The translations under genes and the position numbers were made by a program. Of a stretch of 64,000 bases of DNA, positions 55,128-64,000 are shown piece by piece. The notes beneath the pieces were generated by a model that saw only the letters and a program-made list of their open reading frames with translations, was not told the origin of the DNA and searched no databases. How positions within the stretch are numbered: the stretch's first letter is position 1; each line of letters opens with the position of its first letter. The DNA comes from a virus: positions 19,090 through 83,089 of the IMG/VR virus record IMGVR_UViG_3300020421_000007, one strand, 5' to 3'.

Positions 55128-55360
55128 GTGAAGAACAAAATTATGAATGGTATGAAACACCCTATGGAAAATTCCGTATCAAGGAAAAACGATTTGGAAC
55201 GTGGTCTAGTTATGGTGAGGATGGCGAGGAACTCATCACAGGCGGTACGAGGGAAGCTGTCCTCAGTATGTCAGGATTCCACTTGGAAGGTGTCGCAACC
55301 AACTGGGCAAATGCTAGAGTATCTGACCCGTATGATGGAACCGTTGGAGGTAAATTATGA
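55124..55360 (+). CDS. Hypothetical protein
   Basis: 78 aa; ATGA overlaps at both ends; ends YDGTVGGKL. Confidence 0.7.
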   Translation: MSEEQNYEWYETPYGKFRIKEKRFGTWSSYGEDGEELITGGTREAVLSMSGFHLEGVATNWANARVSDPYDGTVGGKL

Positions 55361-56397
55361 AGATCGCGATAATCACGGATCAACACCTTGACGGACGTAA
55401 AGGTTCTCTAGCATTCTGGAACTATTTCCAAAAATTCTATGATGACGTATTTTTTCCGACACTTGAAAAAGAAGGTATCAAAGTAGTTTTTGATCTTGGC
55501 GATACATTTGATAATAGAAAGTCTATGGACTTTAATACTTATCACCGTGTGCGTGAAAATTATTTCGAGCGGTTAAAAGGTTACGAAGTACACATGCTGT
55601 TGGGTAACCACTGCACGTATTACAAAAATACAAATCGCATTAACTCTCCAGAACTTCTATTAGAGAACTACAAGAACATCAATATCTATTCTGAACCCAA
55701 GGAAATTTCAATGGGTAAGAAAGTATTCTTGATGCTTCCTTGGATTAATAAAGAAAACCAAGAAGAGGTATTAAGATTGCTTGATACCAGTGAAGCAGAT
55801 ATCTGTTGTGGTCATCTAGAACTTACTGGGTTTGAGATTACCCCAGGTATGAAAATGGATCACGGTATGGATCCTCAACTGTTTCACCGCTTCAAGCGTG
55901 TGTGGTCTGGACACTACCATCACAAATCTAAAAAAGGAAACGTCCAGTATCTTGGCAACCCTTATCAGATGTTTTGGAATGATTATAAGGACACTCGTGG
56001 ATTCCATATCTACGATACTGACAGTGATAGACTTAAGTTTGTCAGAAATCCGTATGACATCTTCGACAAGATCTTCTATGACGACACCAGTGTGGACTAC
56101 AACAAACAAGATGTGTCTTGTTATAAAGACAAGTTCGTTAAAATTGTCATCGAAGAAAAACGAGACTACCAAATGTTTGAAACATTGGTTGATCGTCTTT
56201 ACAACATAGGAGTCCACGATGTAAAAATTGTAGAAACTCTAGTTGATATAGATGATCAAACAGACTTAGAAGTTTCTACAAAAGATACACTCACTCTTTT
56301 GAATGAATATATTGATGATGTAGAAATGTCCGTAGATAAATCTGATCTCAAAAGTTTGATGAGATCTCTATATATTGAAAGTTGCAATTTTGTGTGA
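55357..56397 (+). CDS. g47: Recombination endonuclease gp47 (Mre11/SbcD-like)
   Basis: TDQH, GDTFD, GNH, GHYH metallophosphoesterase motifs. Confidence 0.95.
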   Translation: MKIAIITDQHLDGRKGSLAFWNYFQKFYDDVFFPTLEKEGIKVVFDLGDTFDNRKSMDFNTYHRVRENYFERLKGYEVHMLLGNHCTYYKNTNRINSPELLLENYKNINIYSEPKEISMGKKVFLMLPWINKENQEEVLRLLDTSEADICCGHLELTGFEITPGMKMDHGMDPQLFHRFKRVWSGHYHHKSKKGNVQYLGNPYQMFWNDYKDTRGFHIYDTDSDRLKFVRNPYDIFDKIFYDDTSVDYNKQDVSCYKDKFVKIVIEEKRDYQMFETLVDRLYNIGVHDVKIVETLVDIDDQTDLEVSTKDTLTLLNEYIDDVEMSVDKSDLKSLMRSLYIESCNFV

Positions 56398-56663
56398 TGT
56401 TCATCGTAACTCTAGAAGATCAACCTGATGGCGTTTACTCTATCTTTGATGATGAAGAAGATAGAGTAATTCCTATCTTTACTGAAGAAGAAGATGCTGA
56501 CAGGTATCTTATGATGTTAGAAGAAGATGATGATTATCCATCCATGCAGATTGTAGAAATTGAAGACCATGTTATAATTACAGCATGTCAAGAACGAGGA
56601 CATAAGTTCTCTATCATTACCCCTGACGATTTTTTGATACCACCTGACGATTCCGAAGAATGA
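56397..56663 (+). CDS. Hypothetical protein (DUF3110-like)
   Basis: GVYSI...IPIFTEEEDADRY...; TGATG overlap. Confidence 0.6.
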   Translation: MFIVTLEDQPDGVYSIFDDEEDRVIPIFTEEEDADRYLMMLEEDDDYPSMQIVEIEDHVIITACQERGHKFSIITPDDFLIPPDDSEE

Positions 56664-58390
56664 TTATTTTTAAAAAAATCCGTTGGAAAAATTTTCTTTC
56701 AACGGGTAATGTGTTTAGTGAAGTTGACTTAACAGGAGCAAAAACTAATCTGATCATTGGATCGAACGGTGCAGGAAAGAGCACTATTTTGGATGCTCTT
56801 ACTTTTTCTTTGTTTGGAAAACCATTCCGTAAAATTAATAAACCAATGCTAATTAATAGCATTAATGAAAAAGATTTGCTTACGGAGATTGAATTCTCTA
56901 TTGGTAAAAAAGAATACAAAGTTGTTAGGGGAGTAAAACCAAACGTATTTGAGATCTATTGTAATGATCAACTGTGGAATCAGGAAAGTTCTTTAGTAGA
57001 ACAGCAAAAGAACTTTGAGAATAATGTTCTCAAGATGAACTACAAGTCATTCACGCAGATCGTGGTGCTTGGTTCTTCTACGTTTGTTCCATTCATGCGT
57101 TTGCCCCTGGCACAACGTCGTGAGATCATCGAAGACATTCTTGATATCCAAGTATTCTCTACGATGAATGTTCTTCTGAAAGATAAAGTTCGTCAGAACA
57201 ACGAAGAGATCAAGACAATTGATTATGAAATTCATCTTCTAGAAGAGAAAATTGATCTCCAGAAAAAGTACATGCTGGAACTGGAGAAGAAAACTAAGGA
57301 AGAGATTACTCGTAAAGAAAATAAAATCTCTGAATTGTTAGAGAATGAAAACGAATATCATAATGAAGTTGCGCGTCTGACTTCTGAAGTTGAAAAACAT
57401 TCTGAAGAAATGAAAGAGGTGTCTAACAGCAGAGCAAAACTGAAGAAGTTAAACACTTTTCTTTTCAAAATACATTCTAAGTTAAAAACTTGTCAGAAAG
57501 AACATGATTTCTTTGCTAACAATCATGTTTGTCCTACATGCACTCAAGAGTTGGATGAGGAATTTAGACAAAGTAAAATTAGTGAGGGTGCCAGTGAGTT
57601 AAATAAAATGAATACTGGCGTCGAAGATCTTCTTTTGGAAATAGGAAAGGAAGAAGAACGAGAGCATAAATTTACTAGACTGTCTGATTCGGTCATGAAA
57701 TTAAATGCATCGATTAGTCAATCCAATTTTCAAATTACATCTATCAAGAAAATTATTTCTGACATTGAAGGTGAGATCAAAGAACTGGAAAGCAGCAACC
57801 CAGACAAGAAAGCAGAGTTTGTCAAACTAGAAGGTCTTGTAAAGAATAAAAAAGAATTGGGTGGCACACTAGCAGAGAACCGCAAGGACCGTGATACACT
57901 ATTGGTGGCATCGCAATTGTTAAAAGACAATGGTATCAAGACTAGGATTATTAAAACCTATCTTCCAGCGATGAACCAACTCATCAATCAGTATCTTCAG
58001 AGTATGGACTTTTATGTTAATTTTACCCTGAATGAGAACTTTGAGGAGATAATCAAATCTAGATACCGTGACGTGTTTTCATATGACAGTTTTAGTGAAG
58101 GAGAAAAGTCTCGTATTGATATCGCTCTTCTGCTTACTTGGCGTTCTATTGCTAAGCTTAAGAATTCTGTGGATACTAACCTATTGATTCTCGATGAGAT
58201 CTTTGACAGTTCTCTTGACCAGCAAGGAGGTTCTGATCTGGGGTGGATTCTACGTAACTTTGATGACAAGACAAATGTATATGTTATTAGTCATAGAGAA
58301 AGTTTAGAGGGAAAGTTCGAGAGAACTCTTACAGCAGTAAAAGAAAAAAACTTTTCTGTTATCCAGGAGTCAGTTTCGGAACTGGACTAG
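56660..58390 (+). CDS. g46: Recombination ATPase gp46 (Rad50/SbcC-like)
   Basis: GSNGAGKST, CPTC zinc hook, FSEGEK, LILDE. Confidence 0.97.
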   Translation: MIIFKKIRWKNFLSTGNVFSEVDLTGAKTNLIIGSNGAGKSTILDALTFSLFGKPFRKINKPMLINSINEKDLLTEIEFSIGKKEYKVVRGVKPNVFEIYCNDQLWNQESSLVEQQKNFENNVLKMNYKSFTQIVVLGSSTFVPFMRLPLAQRREIIEDILDIQVFSTMNVLLKDKVRQNNEEIKTIDYEIHLLEEKIDLQKKYMLELEKKTKEEITRKENKISELLENENEYHNEVARLTSEVEKHSEEMKEVSNSRAKLKKLNTFLFKIHSKLKTCQKEHDFFANNHVCPTCTQELDEEFRQSKISEGASELNKMNTGVEDLLLEIGKEEEREHKFTRLSDSVMKLNASISQSNFQITSIKKIISDIEGEIKELESSNPDKKAEFVKLEGLVKNKKELGGTLAENRKDRDTLLVASQLLKDNGIKTRIIKTYLPAMNQLINQYLQSMDFYVNFTLNENFEEIIKSRYRDVFSYDSFSEGEKSRIDIALLLTWRSIAKLKNSVDTNLLILDEIFDSSLDQQGGSDLGWILRNFDDKTNVYVISHRESLEGKFERTLTAVKEKNFSVIQESVSELD

Positions 58391-58414
58391 GAGACCTTCG
58401 GGTCTCCTTTTTTT
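58390..58414 (+). terminator. Rho-independent terminator
   Basis: GGAGACC-TTCG-GGTCTCC followed by T7; C(UUCG)G tetraloop. Confidence 0.92.
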
Positions 58415-58448
58415 GTGGGTATACTATGTTCATCAACGCAACAGGGAC

Positions 58449-60599
58449 ATGAACCAGGAAATCAAAGGCAATCTTGCTCGCTTGCTCGCTACTGAAAACC
58501 TCATTGTAGAGCACCGTAAAGTTGGTACAGCATCGTTTGATGTTGACCGTCGTGTGTTGACTCTTCCTAATTGGGATCGTGCTTCTAACGTAGTATACGA
58601 TATGCTGGTGGGACATGAGGTAGGACATGCTCTGTTCACTCCCAATAAAGATTGGAGAGATATGTTTGATTGCCCTAAAGATTTTGTGAATGTCATTGAG
58701 GATGCTCGCATTGAGAAACTGATGAAACGTAAGTATCCTGGTCTTCGTAAGTCATTTGCTGGTGGTTATCGTGAACTAAATGATCAAGATTTCTTTTCTA
58801 TTGCTGATGAAGATCTCAACAATTTGAGTCTTATTGACCGTATCAATCTTCACTTTAAGATTGGAGCTAGTGCTATGATTCCTTTCTCTATTGAGGAGAA
58901 AGTATTTGTTGCACGTACTGACGTTGCTGAGACTTTTGAAGAAGTCTGTCAGATTGCTGTTGATGTTTATGAATTTTCTAAGCAAGAAAATACTGTTGAG
59001 GAAACTCCACAGGTAGAAGCATCATCATCATCTGAAGAAGGTCAGGATGAAACTGAAAGCATCGATGGTGAACAATCTGAGCAAAAAAATACTGAACAGG
59101 GTGAACAGTCTCCTGGTAGTGAGAATATTGAAGAAGACGATTACGAAGAAGAAGAATATGATGATCAATCTGTAGGTTCTGCTGGTGGAGAACATTCAGA
59201 AACCCAACGTAGTTTTGATAGTTCTGCTGAAAAATTAACTGATCGTTGGTCTAGCAATCCAGTTTACATTGAGATTCCTAAAACAATTAATACTTCTGAT
59301 GTTGTTGTTGATTGGACTACTATCCACAATTGGATTGATGAGCAACGCAATGAATTTTTAAATCGTGATTGTGATCATGATCGTTCTACTTATTATAGTA
59401 ATGTAGATAAATCTTACAAAGAGTTTCGTAAACAATCTCAGAAGGAAGTAAATTATCTTGTTAAAGAGTTTGAGTGCCGTAAGTCTGCTGACGCTTATGC
59501 TCGTGCTGGTCAATCTAAGACTGGTGTTCTTGATACTACTAAACTTCATACTTACAAGTATAACGAAGACCTTTTCAAAAAAGTAACTATTCTTCCTGAT
59601 GGCAAGAATCATGGTCTCTTGTTTGTTCTTGACTGGTCTGGTTCTATGTCAAACGAATTGCTTGCTACCGTTAAACAACTGTTAAACCTAACTGCTTTTT
59701 GTAAGAAAGTTCAAATTCCATTTGAAGTATATGCTTTTACTAACGAGTGGTATGCTGTAGATCGCATGATGAAAGGTCATCTTCCTGAAATGTCAAATGA
59801 CGATTATTTTGCGATGCTTGGTTGTGAGGAAGGTAAAATCTTTATGCATAAAGGTATGTTCCATATGTTGAACATGATCTCTTCACGTTCCAACAGTAAA
59901 GACTATGAGCGTATGTGTCTCAATCTATATCGTGAGGCATATTCTTATACATATCATGTTTCCTATCACTCCACTCAAGGTGTTGGTTTGTCTGGAACGC
60001 CATTAAATGAAGCGATTGTTATGCTTAATTACATCATTCCAGAATTTAAAAAATGTAATGATCTTCAGAAAGTCAATGTCTGTATCTTGACTGATGGTGA
60101 AAGTTGTCAAGTTGCTTATGGTCGTAAATATTATAGTGATCATAAAGATGAGCACTATGTTCGTCCTACTCGTATTGATCATTCCACTATTCTTCGTGAT
60201 CCTCAAACAGGACGTGTTTATCCTCAATCAAATGGGTGGGGATCTATGACTGCTACTCTTATCCAACAGGTTCGTGATCGTAATTTCGGTGTGAATATTC
60301 TTGGATTCCGTATCATGCCAGGTAGTCAGTTGTCTAGTTTTGTTTCTTCATACGGCGATCAAAGTAAGTATGAGGAAGTTCAAAAACAATGGAAGAAAGA
60401 TAAGTCTGCTATTATTCCTTTTCCCAAAGGTTATACAGCTCTCTATGCCATCAGTAACAATGCGTTGAGTGATGATGTTGAATTTGATGTGGAGAGTGGT
60501 GCTAAAAAAGGTGAGATCACTCGTGCATTTAAAAAGATGCTTAAAAATAAAACTACAAACAAAAAAATGCTCAACTCCTTTGTTGAGTATGTCGCTTGA
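58449..60599 (+). CDS. Metallopeptidase-like + VWA domain protein (CobT-like partner)
   Basis: HEVGH, NVIEDARIE, acidic linker, DWSGS MIDAS, GTPL, LTDGE. Confidence 0.85.
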   Translation: MNQEIKGNLARLLATENLIVEHRKVGTASFDVDRRVLTLPNWDRASNVVYDMLVGHEVGHALFTPNKDWRDMFDCPKDFVNVIEDARIEKLMKRKYPGLRKSFAGGYRELNDQDFFSIADEDLNNLSLIDRINLHFKIGASAMIPFSIEEKVFVARTDVAETFEEVCQIAVDVYEFSKQENTVEETPQVEASSSSEEGQDETESIDGEQSEQKNTEQGEQSPGSENIEEDDYEEEEYDDQSVGSAGGEHSETQRSFDSSAEKLTDRWSSNPVYIEIPKTINTSDVVVDWTTIHNWIDEQRNEFLNRDCDHDRSTYYSNVDKSYKEFRKQSQKEVNYLVKEFECRKSADAYARAGQSKTGVLDTTKLHTYKYNEDLFKKVTILPDGKNHGLLFVLDWSGSMSNELLATVKQLLNLTAFCKKVQIPFEVYAFTNEWYAVDRMMKGHLPEMSNDDYFAMLGCEEGKIFMHKGMFHMLNMISSRSNSKDYERMCLNLYREAYSYTYHVSYHSTQGVGLSGTPLNEAIVMLNYIIPEFKKCNDLQKVNVCILTDGESCQVAYGRKYYSDHKDEHYVRPTRIDHSTILRDPQTGRVYPQSNGWGSMTATLIQQVRDRNFGVNILGFRIMPGSQLSSFVSSYGDQSKYEEVQKQWKKDKSAIIPFPKGYTALYAISNNALSDDVEFDVESGAKKGEITRAFKKMLKNKTTNKKMLNSFVEYVA

Positions 60600-60667
60600 C
60601 GAACCGTCCACCAGGGGTCGCTGAGACCCCACCCTTGCCCTATACTTACTTCATACGAAACAAACCA

Positions 60668-61774
60668 ATGCCTGCCAAGTCCGACCTGACCACCACACAA
60701 CTTACTTCTTACCTGTCTGAAACTTACGGCAACGACATTAATGCTGAGCATGTTCGTGCTGCCTGTGATAACTTTGGTGTTACCTATCCCACTGCTGTCA
60801 AGCGTCTGCGCGACTTCTATGTCAAGCGTGGCACTTGGAACCTGACTGTTCAAGAACGTCTTGAGCAACAATACGTAGCACCTGCTGCTACTCCTGCTGT
60901 TATGGAGACTGTTGAGCAAAACCTTGTTCCTTCTAAAGATGAAAACTATGTTCCCTTTGGTAATTTTTCTGATGTAAAGAAAATTATCCAATCTGGTATT
61001 TTCTATCCGACTTTTATTACTGGAATGTCGGGTAATGGTAAGACTTTCTCTGTTGAGCAAGCATGTGCTGCTCTAAATAGAGAACTGATTCGGGTAAACA
61101 TTACCATTGAAACAGACGAGGATGATCTTATTGGTGGTTTCCGTCTTGTTAACGGCGAAACTGTTTGGCATAATGGTCCTGTCATCGAAGCTTTGGAGCG
61201 GGGAGCTGTGCTGCTTTTAGATGAGGTTGACCTTGCTTCTAACAAGATCCTGTGTCTCCAATCTGTGTTGGAAGGCAAAGGTGTTTTTCTGAAGAAGACT
61301 GGTCGCTATGTCAATCCTGCTGCTGGATTTAACATCATCGCTACTGCCAACACCAAGGGTAAGGGTTCTGATGATGGTCGTTTTATTGGCACCAATGTTC
61401 TTAACGAAGCATTTCTTGAGCGTTTTGCTCTGACCTTTGAGCAAGAGTATCCTACTCCTTCTGTTGAAACTAAGATCCTGCTGCGTGTTGCTGCATCTCT
61501 TGGTAAACATGATGAAGAGTTCTGTACCAACCTTGCTAACTGGGCAGACATCATCCGCCGTACTTTCAAGGATGGTGGTATCGACGAGGTGATCAGCACC
61601 CGTCGCCTGGTTCACATCATGCGAGCATATGCTATCTGGAATGATCGCATGAAGGCAATCAAGGTATGTGTGAACCGTTTCGATGATGAAACCAAACAGT
61701 CATTCATCGAATTGTATGATAAAATTGATGCTGACGTTTCTACGGAGGAAGAAGATGCCACAAACCAAGACTGA
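60668..61774 (+). CDS. cobS: CobS-like MoxR-type AAA+ ATPase
   Basis: GMSGNGKT, LLLDEVD, ATANTKGKG, NEAFLERF, STRRL. Confidence 0.92.
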   Translation: MPAKSDLTTTQLTSYLSETYGNDINAEHVRAACDNFGVTYPTAVKRLRDFYVKRGTWNLTVQERLEQQYVAPAATPAVMETVEQNLVPSKDENYVPFGNFSDVKKIIQSGIFYPTFITGMSGNGKTFSVEQACAALNRELIRVNITIETDEDDLIGGFRLVNGETVWHNGPVIEALERGAVLLLDEVDLASNKILCLQSVLEGKGVFLKKTGRYVNPAAGFNIIATANTKGKGSDDGRFIGTNVLNEAFLERFALTFEQEYPTPSVETKILLRVAASLGKHDEEFCTNLANWADIIRRTFKDGGIDEVISTRRLVHIMRAYAIWNDRMKAIKVCVNRFDDETKQSFIELYDKIDADVSTEEEDATNQD

Positions 61775-61931
61775 TAAGTTTCACGGTTATGTTAATCATC
61801 TTGCCGTTCTAGATAGCGGCAAGACGGTTAGGATTCTAGGTGGTGAAGGTCTTAAATTATTTGTTAGAGACCTTGACGGCAACGTTGAAGAATGCTACCA
61901 TAATAACCTACGCCTAATTTGGGACCGCTGA
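61755..61931 (+). CDS. Small hypothetical protein
   Basis: MPQTKTDKFHGYV...; GGAGG RBS before the ATG at 61755. Confidence 0.6.
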   Translation: MPQTKTDKFHGYVNHLAVLDSGKTVRILGGEGLKLFVRDLDGNVEECYHNNLRLIWDR

Positions 61932-62219
61932 ATGGCATTAAAATACAATGAAGAAGCTCTACTCCAAGAGCTACGTGACTACATTTCTGGTACGTACAAC
62001 CAACACTACTCTGCTGGTAACGACAGCATCCAAACGTTAGATTTAATTGAAGCATGTGGAGACGCTGAGGCATTCTGCCGTAGTAACATCCTCAAGTATG
62101 CTTCTCGCTATGATAAGAAAGGAACTGCTAGACGGGACATTATTAAGATCCTACACTATGCATTACTTCTTCTTCACTTTTCTGACAAGACCACAGTTAC
62201 CGAATCTTACAATCAATGA
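61932..62219 (+). CDS. DUF3310-like protein
   Basis: HYS...IQTLDLI...FCRSNILKYASRYDKKG...DIIKILHY. Confidence 0.8.
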   Translation: MALKYNEEALLQELRDYISGTYNQHYSAGNDSIQTLDLIEACGDAEAFCRSNILKYASRYDKKGTARRDIIKILHYALLLLHFSDKTTVTESYNQ

Positions 62220-62887
62220 GCAAAGTTATTCTATCTAAAAAGACTCTAGATGTCCTCAAAAACTTTTCCACAATCAACTCGTCCATCGTATTCCGAAAGG
62301 GAAGCACTGTACGCACTATCAGCAATGCGGAAAACATTCTCGCAAAATTTACTGGCGAAGAAGTATTTCCTACTGACTTCGCAATTTATGATCTCAGTCA
62401 GTTTCTTAGTGGTATCTCTTTGTTTAATGATCCTCAACTGGAATTTACCAGTGGCGATTTTGTTAACATCCGTGGGGGTCGTCAGTCTGCTAAGTATTAC
62501 TTCTCGGATCCTGAGATTACGCTCAAGAGTGCTCCAGAAAAAAATGTAAAATTCCCTGGTGCTGATGTTCAATTTAATTTGACAGGAGAAGAACTAGTTC
62601 AACTTCAGAAAGCATCAGCTGTTTACAGTTTACCAGATCTTACTTTCTTTTCAGAAGAAGGTTCTAACGAAATCAAACTAATCCTCCGTGACAAGGAGAA
62701 TGATACCAGCAATACTTACGATCTCACGGTGGCAGGTAATGTTACTGGCACCTATTCTCTTGATCTTAAGATTGAAAACATTCGTCTTCTCCCTGGTGAT
62801 TACACTGTCAAAGTTTCCCAACACCTTATTTCTGAATGGACTAACGTAAACGCTGACCTTACATACTACATCGCACTGGAACCTTGA
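62216..62887 (+). CDS. g45: Sliding clamp gp45
   Basis: LKNFSTINSSI, FAIYDLSQFL, YYIALE. Confidence 0.96.
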   Translation: MSKVILSKKTLDVLKNFSTINSSIVFRKGSTVRTISNAENILAKFTGEEVFPTDFAIYDLSQFLSGISLFNDPQLEFTSGDFVNIRGGRQSAKYYFSDPEITLKSAPEKNVKFPGADVQFNLTGEELVQLQKASAVYSLPDLTFFSEEGSNEIKLILRDKENDTSNTYDLTVAGNVTGTYSLDLKIENIRLLPGDYTVKVSQHLISEWTNVNADLTYYIALEP

Positions 62888-63219
62888 AGCATTTGCTTTT
62901 CACACTTAAAGACTGCACTCGCGATCTTTTGGATGACGAAGAGTTTATTAGAGACATCGTTTACACTGCTTCCAAAAAATGTAAGTCAACTTTGCTAGCA
63001 ATCAATTCACATAGGTTTGAACCACAAGGTGTAACTTGTGTTGCTATGCTAGCAGAGAGTCATATTAGTATTCACACTTGGCCAGAAAAAGGTATGGCAG
63101 TCTGCGATATCTTTACCTGTGGTGAGCATACCAAACCCAAGAGGGGTATGGAGTATATGCAAATGATGTTTACTGCCAAAGACATCACATTTAAATCATT
63201 TACACGACCATTAGAATGA
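62884..63219 (+). CDS. speD: Pyruvoyl S-adenosylmethionine decarboxylase family protein
   Basis: FEPQGVT, LAESHISIHTWPE, DIFTCG. Confidence 0.92.
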   Translation: MKHLLFTLKDCTRDLLDDEEFIRDIVYTASKKCKSTLLAINSHRFEPQGVTCVAMLAESHISIHTWPEKGMAVCDIFTCGEHTKPKRGMEYMQMMFTAKDITFKSFTRPLE

Positions 63220-64000
63220 GTAAAGAGTTTCTGTGGGTGGAGAAATACCGCCCAAACATTGTTGAAGATTGTATTCTCCCTGAAAGCACTAAGGAAGTGT
63301 TTCAGGGTTTTGTCAACCAGGGGGAACTCCCTAACCTGCTACTGAGTGGCACTGCTGGTGTGGGCAAGACTACCATCGCTAAGGCGCTGTGTGAGGAGAT
63401 TGGTGCCTCTTACATCGTGATCAATGGATCCGACGAGGGACGCTTTCTAGACACCGTGAGGAACCGTGTGAGGCAGTTTGCCACAACCATCTCTCTGACC
63501 TCTGGAGCGTCCCACAAGGTGGTCATCATTGATGAGGCAGACAACACCACCAATGATGTTCAACTGTCTCTCAGGACCGCTGTGGAGGAGTTTCATGGTA
63601 ACTGTCGTTTCATTTTCACATGTAATTTTATAAATAAAATTATCGAACCGCTACATTCGCGTTGTACGGTTGTTGATTTTAGAATCAAACCTGAGCAAGC
63701 TGTCAAACTTCAGGGTGAGTTTTTTACGAGACTAAAGTCTATCCTCACTCACGAAAATGTAGAGTATGAAGACAAAGTTCTCGCTAAGTTGGTCAAGCGT
63801 TATTACCCTGATTGGCGTCGTCTTATTAACGAGTGTCAGCGTTATGCTGCTACAGGTAGTATCAACTCTGCCATATTGGTTGATGTTGCTGACGTTAATC
63901 TTGATTCTCTTCTTGGATCCTTAAAGAAGAAAGAGTTTACTACAGTCAAGAACTGGGTTGTTCAGCACATGGACAATGACCCTAGCATGGTGATGCGTAA
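63216..64000 (+). CDS. g44: Clamp loader ATPase gp44 (3' truncated by window)
   Basis: MSKEFLWVEKYRP, GTAGVGKTT, IIDEAD; the frame runs off the window end. Confidence 0.95.
   Translation, partial: MSKEFLWVEKYRPNIVEDCILPESTKEVFQGFVNQGELPNLLLSGTAGVGKTTIAKALCEEIGASYIVINGSDEGRFLDTVRNRVRQFATTISLTSGASHKVVIIDEADNTTNDVQLSLRTAVEEFHGNCRFIFTCNFINKIIEPLHSRCTVVDFRIKPEQAVKLQGEFFTRLKSILTHENVEYEDKVLAKLVKRYYPDWRRLINECQRYAATGSINSAILVDVADVNLDSLLGSLKKKEFTTVKNWVVQHMDNDPSMVMR

Noticed and set aside
40794-58390. Introns or inteins in g17, g20, g23, uvsW or g46
   Set aside because: The ORFs are continuous and of ordinary length, with no splicing or homing-endonuclease motifs.
1428-62572. Numerous minus-strand and alternate-frame ORFs in the track (e.g. 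46286-46939, 60443-61060)
   Set aside because: They lie almost entirely within well-supported plus-strand genes, show no recognisable motifs, and are the expected codon-bias shadows.
1-64000. tRNA genes, CRISPR arrays, stop-codon recoding
   Set aside because: Intergenic gaps are short with no cloverleaf or repeat-spacer pattern seen, and TAA, TAG and TGA all end conserved genes normally.

Overview
This is a 64-kb segment of a T4-like marine cyanomyovirus (Synechococcus/Prochlorococcus-type), with all credible genes on the + strand. It opens with the end of baseplate wedge gp8 and three giant virion/tail proteins (2704, 1555, 2879 aa). A late-promoter-driven accessory cassette follows (beta-propeller fibre, two unknowns, U32-like/methyltransferase fusion, two 2OG-Fe(II) oxygenases, QueG-like Fe-S protein). 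Next are gp13-gp16, a hypervariable island (petE, PTOX, gnd, a 43-aa ndhP missing from the ORF track, zwf, micro-proteins, SNase) and the gp17-gp23 morphogenesis block. The window ends with gp3, uvsY, uvsW, gp55, gp47, gp46, a peptidase-VWA/cobS pair, gp45, speD and the start of gp44. The top observation is that the 2879-aa tail protein appears to contain two phycobiliprotein-beta-like helical domains that keep both canonical bilin-attachment cysteines, suggesting a possibly chromophorylated, light-responsive virion protein. The second is the late-expressed redox/methyl modification cassette. All family assignments rest on motif recognition by eye; no searches were run.
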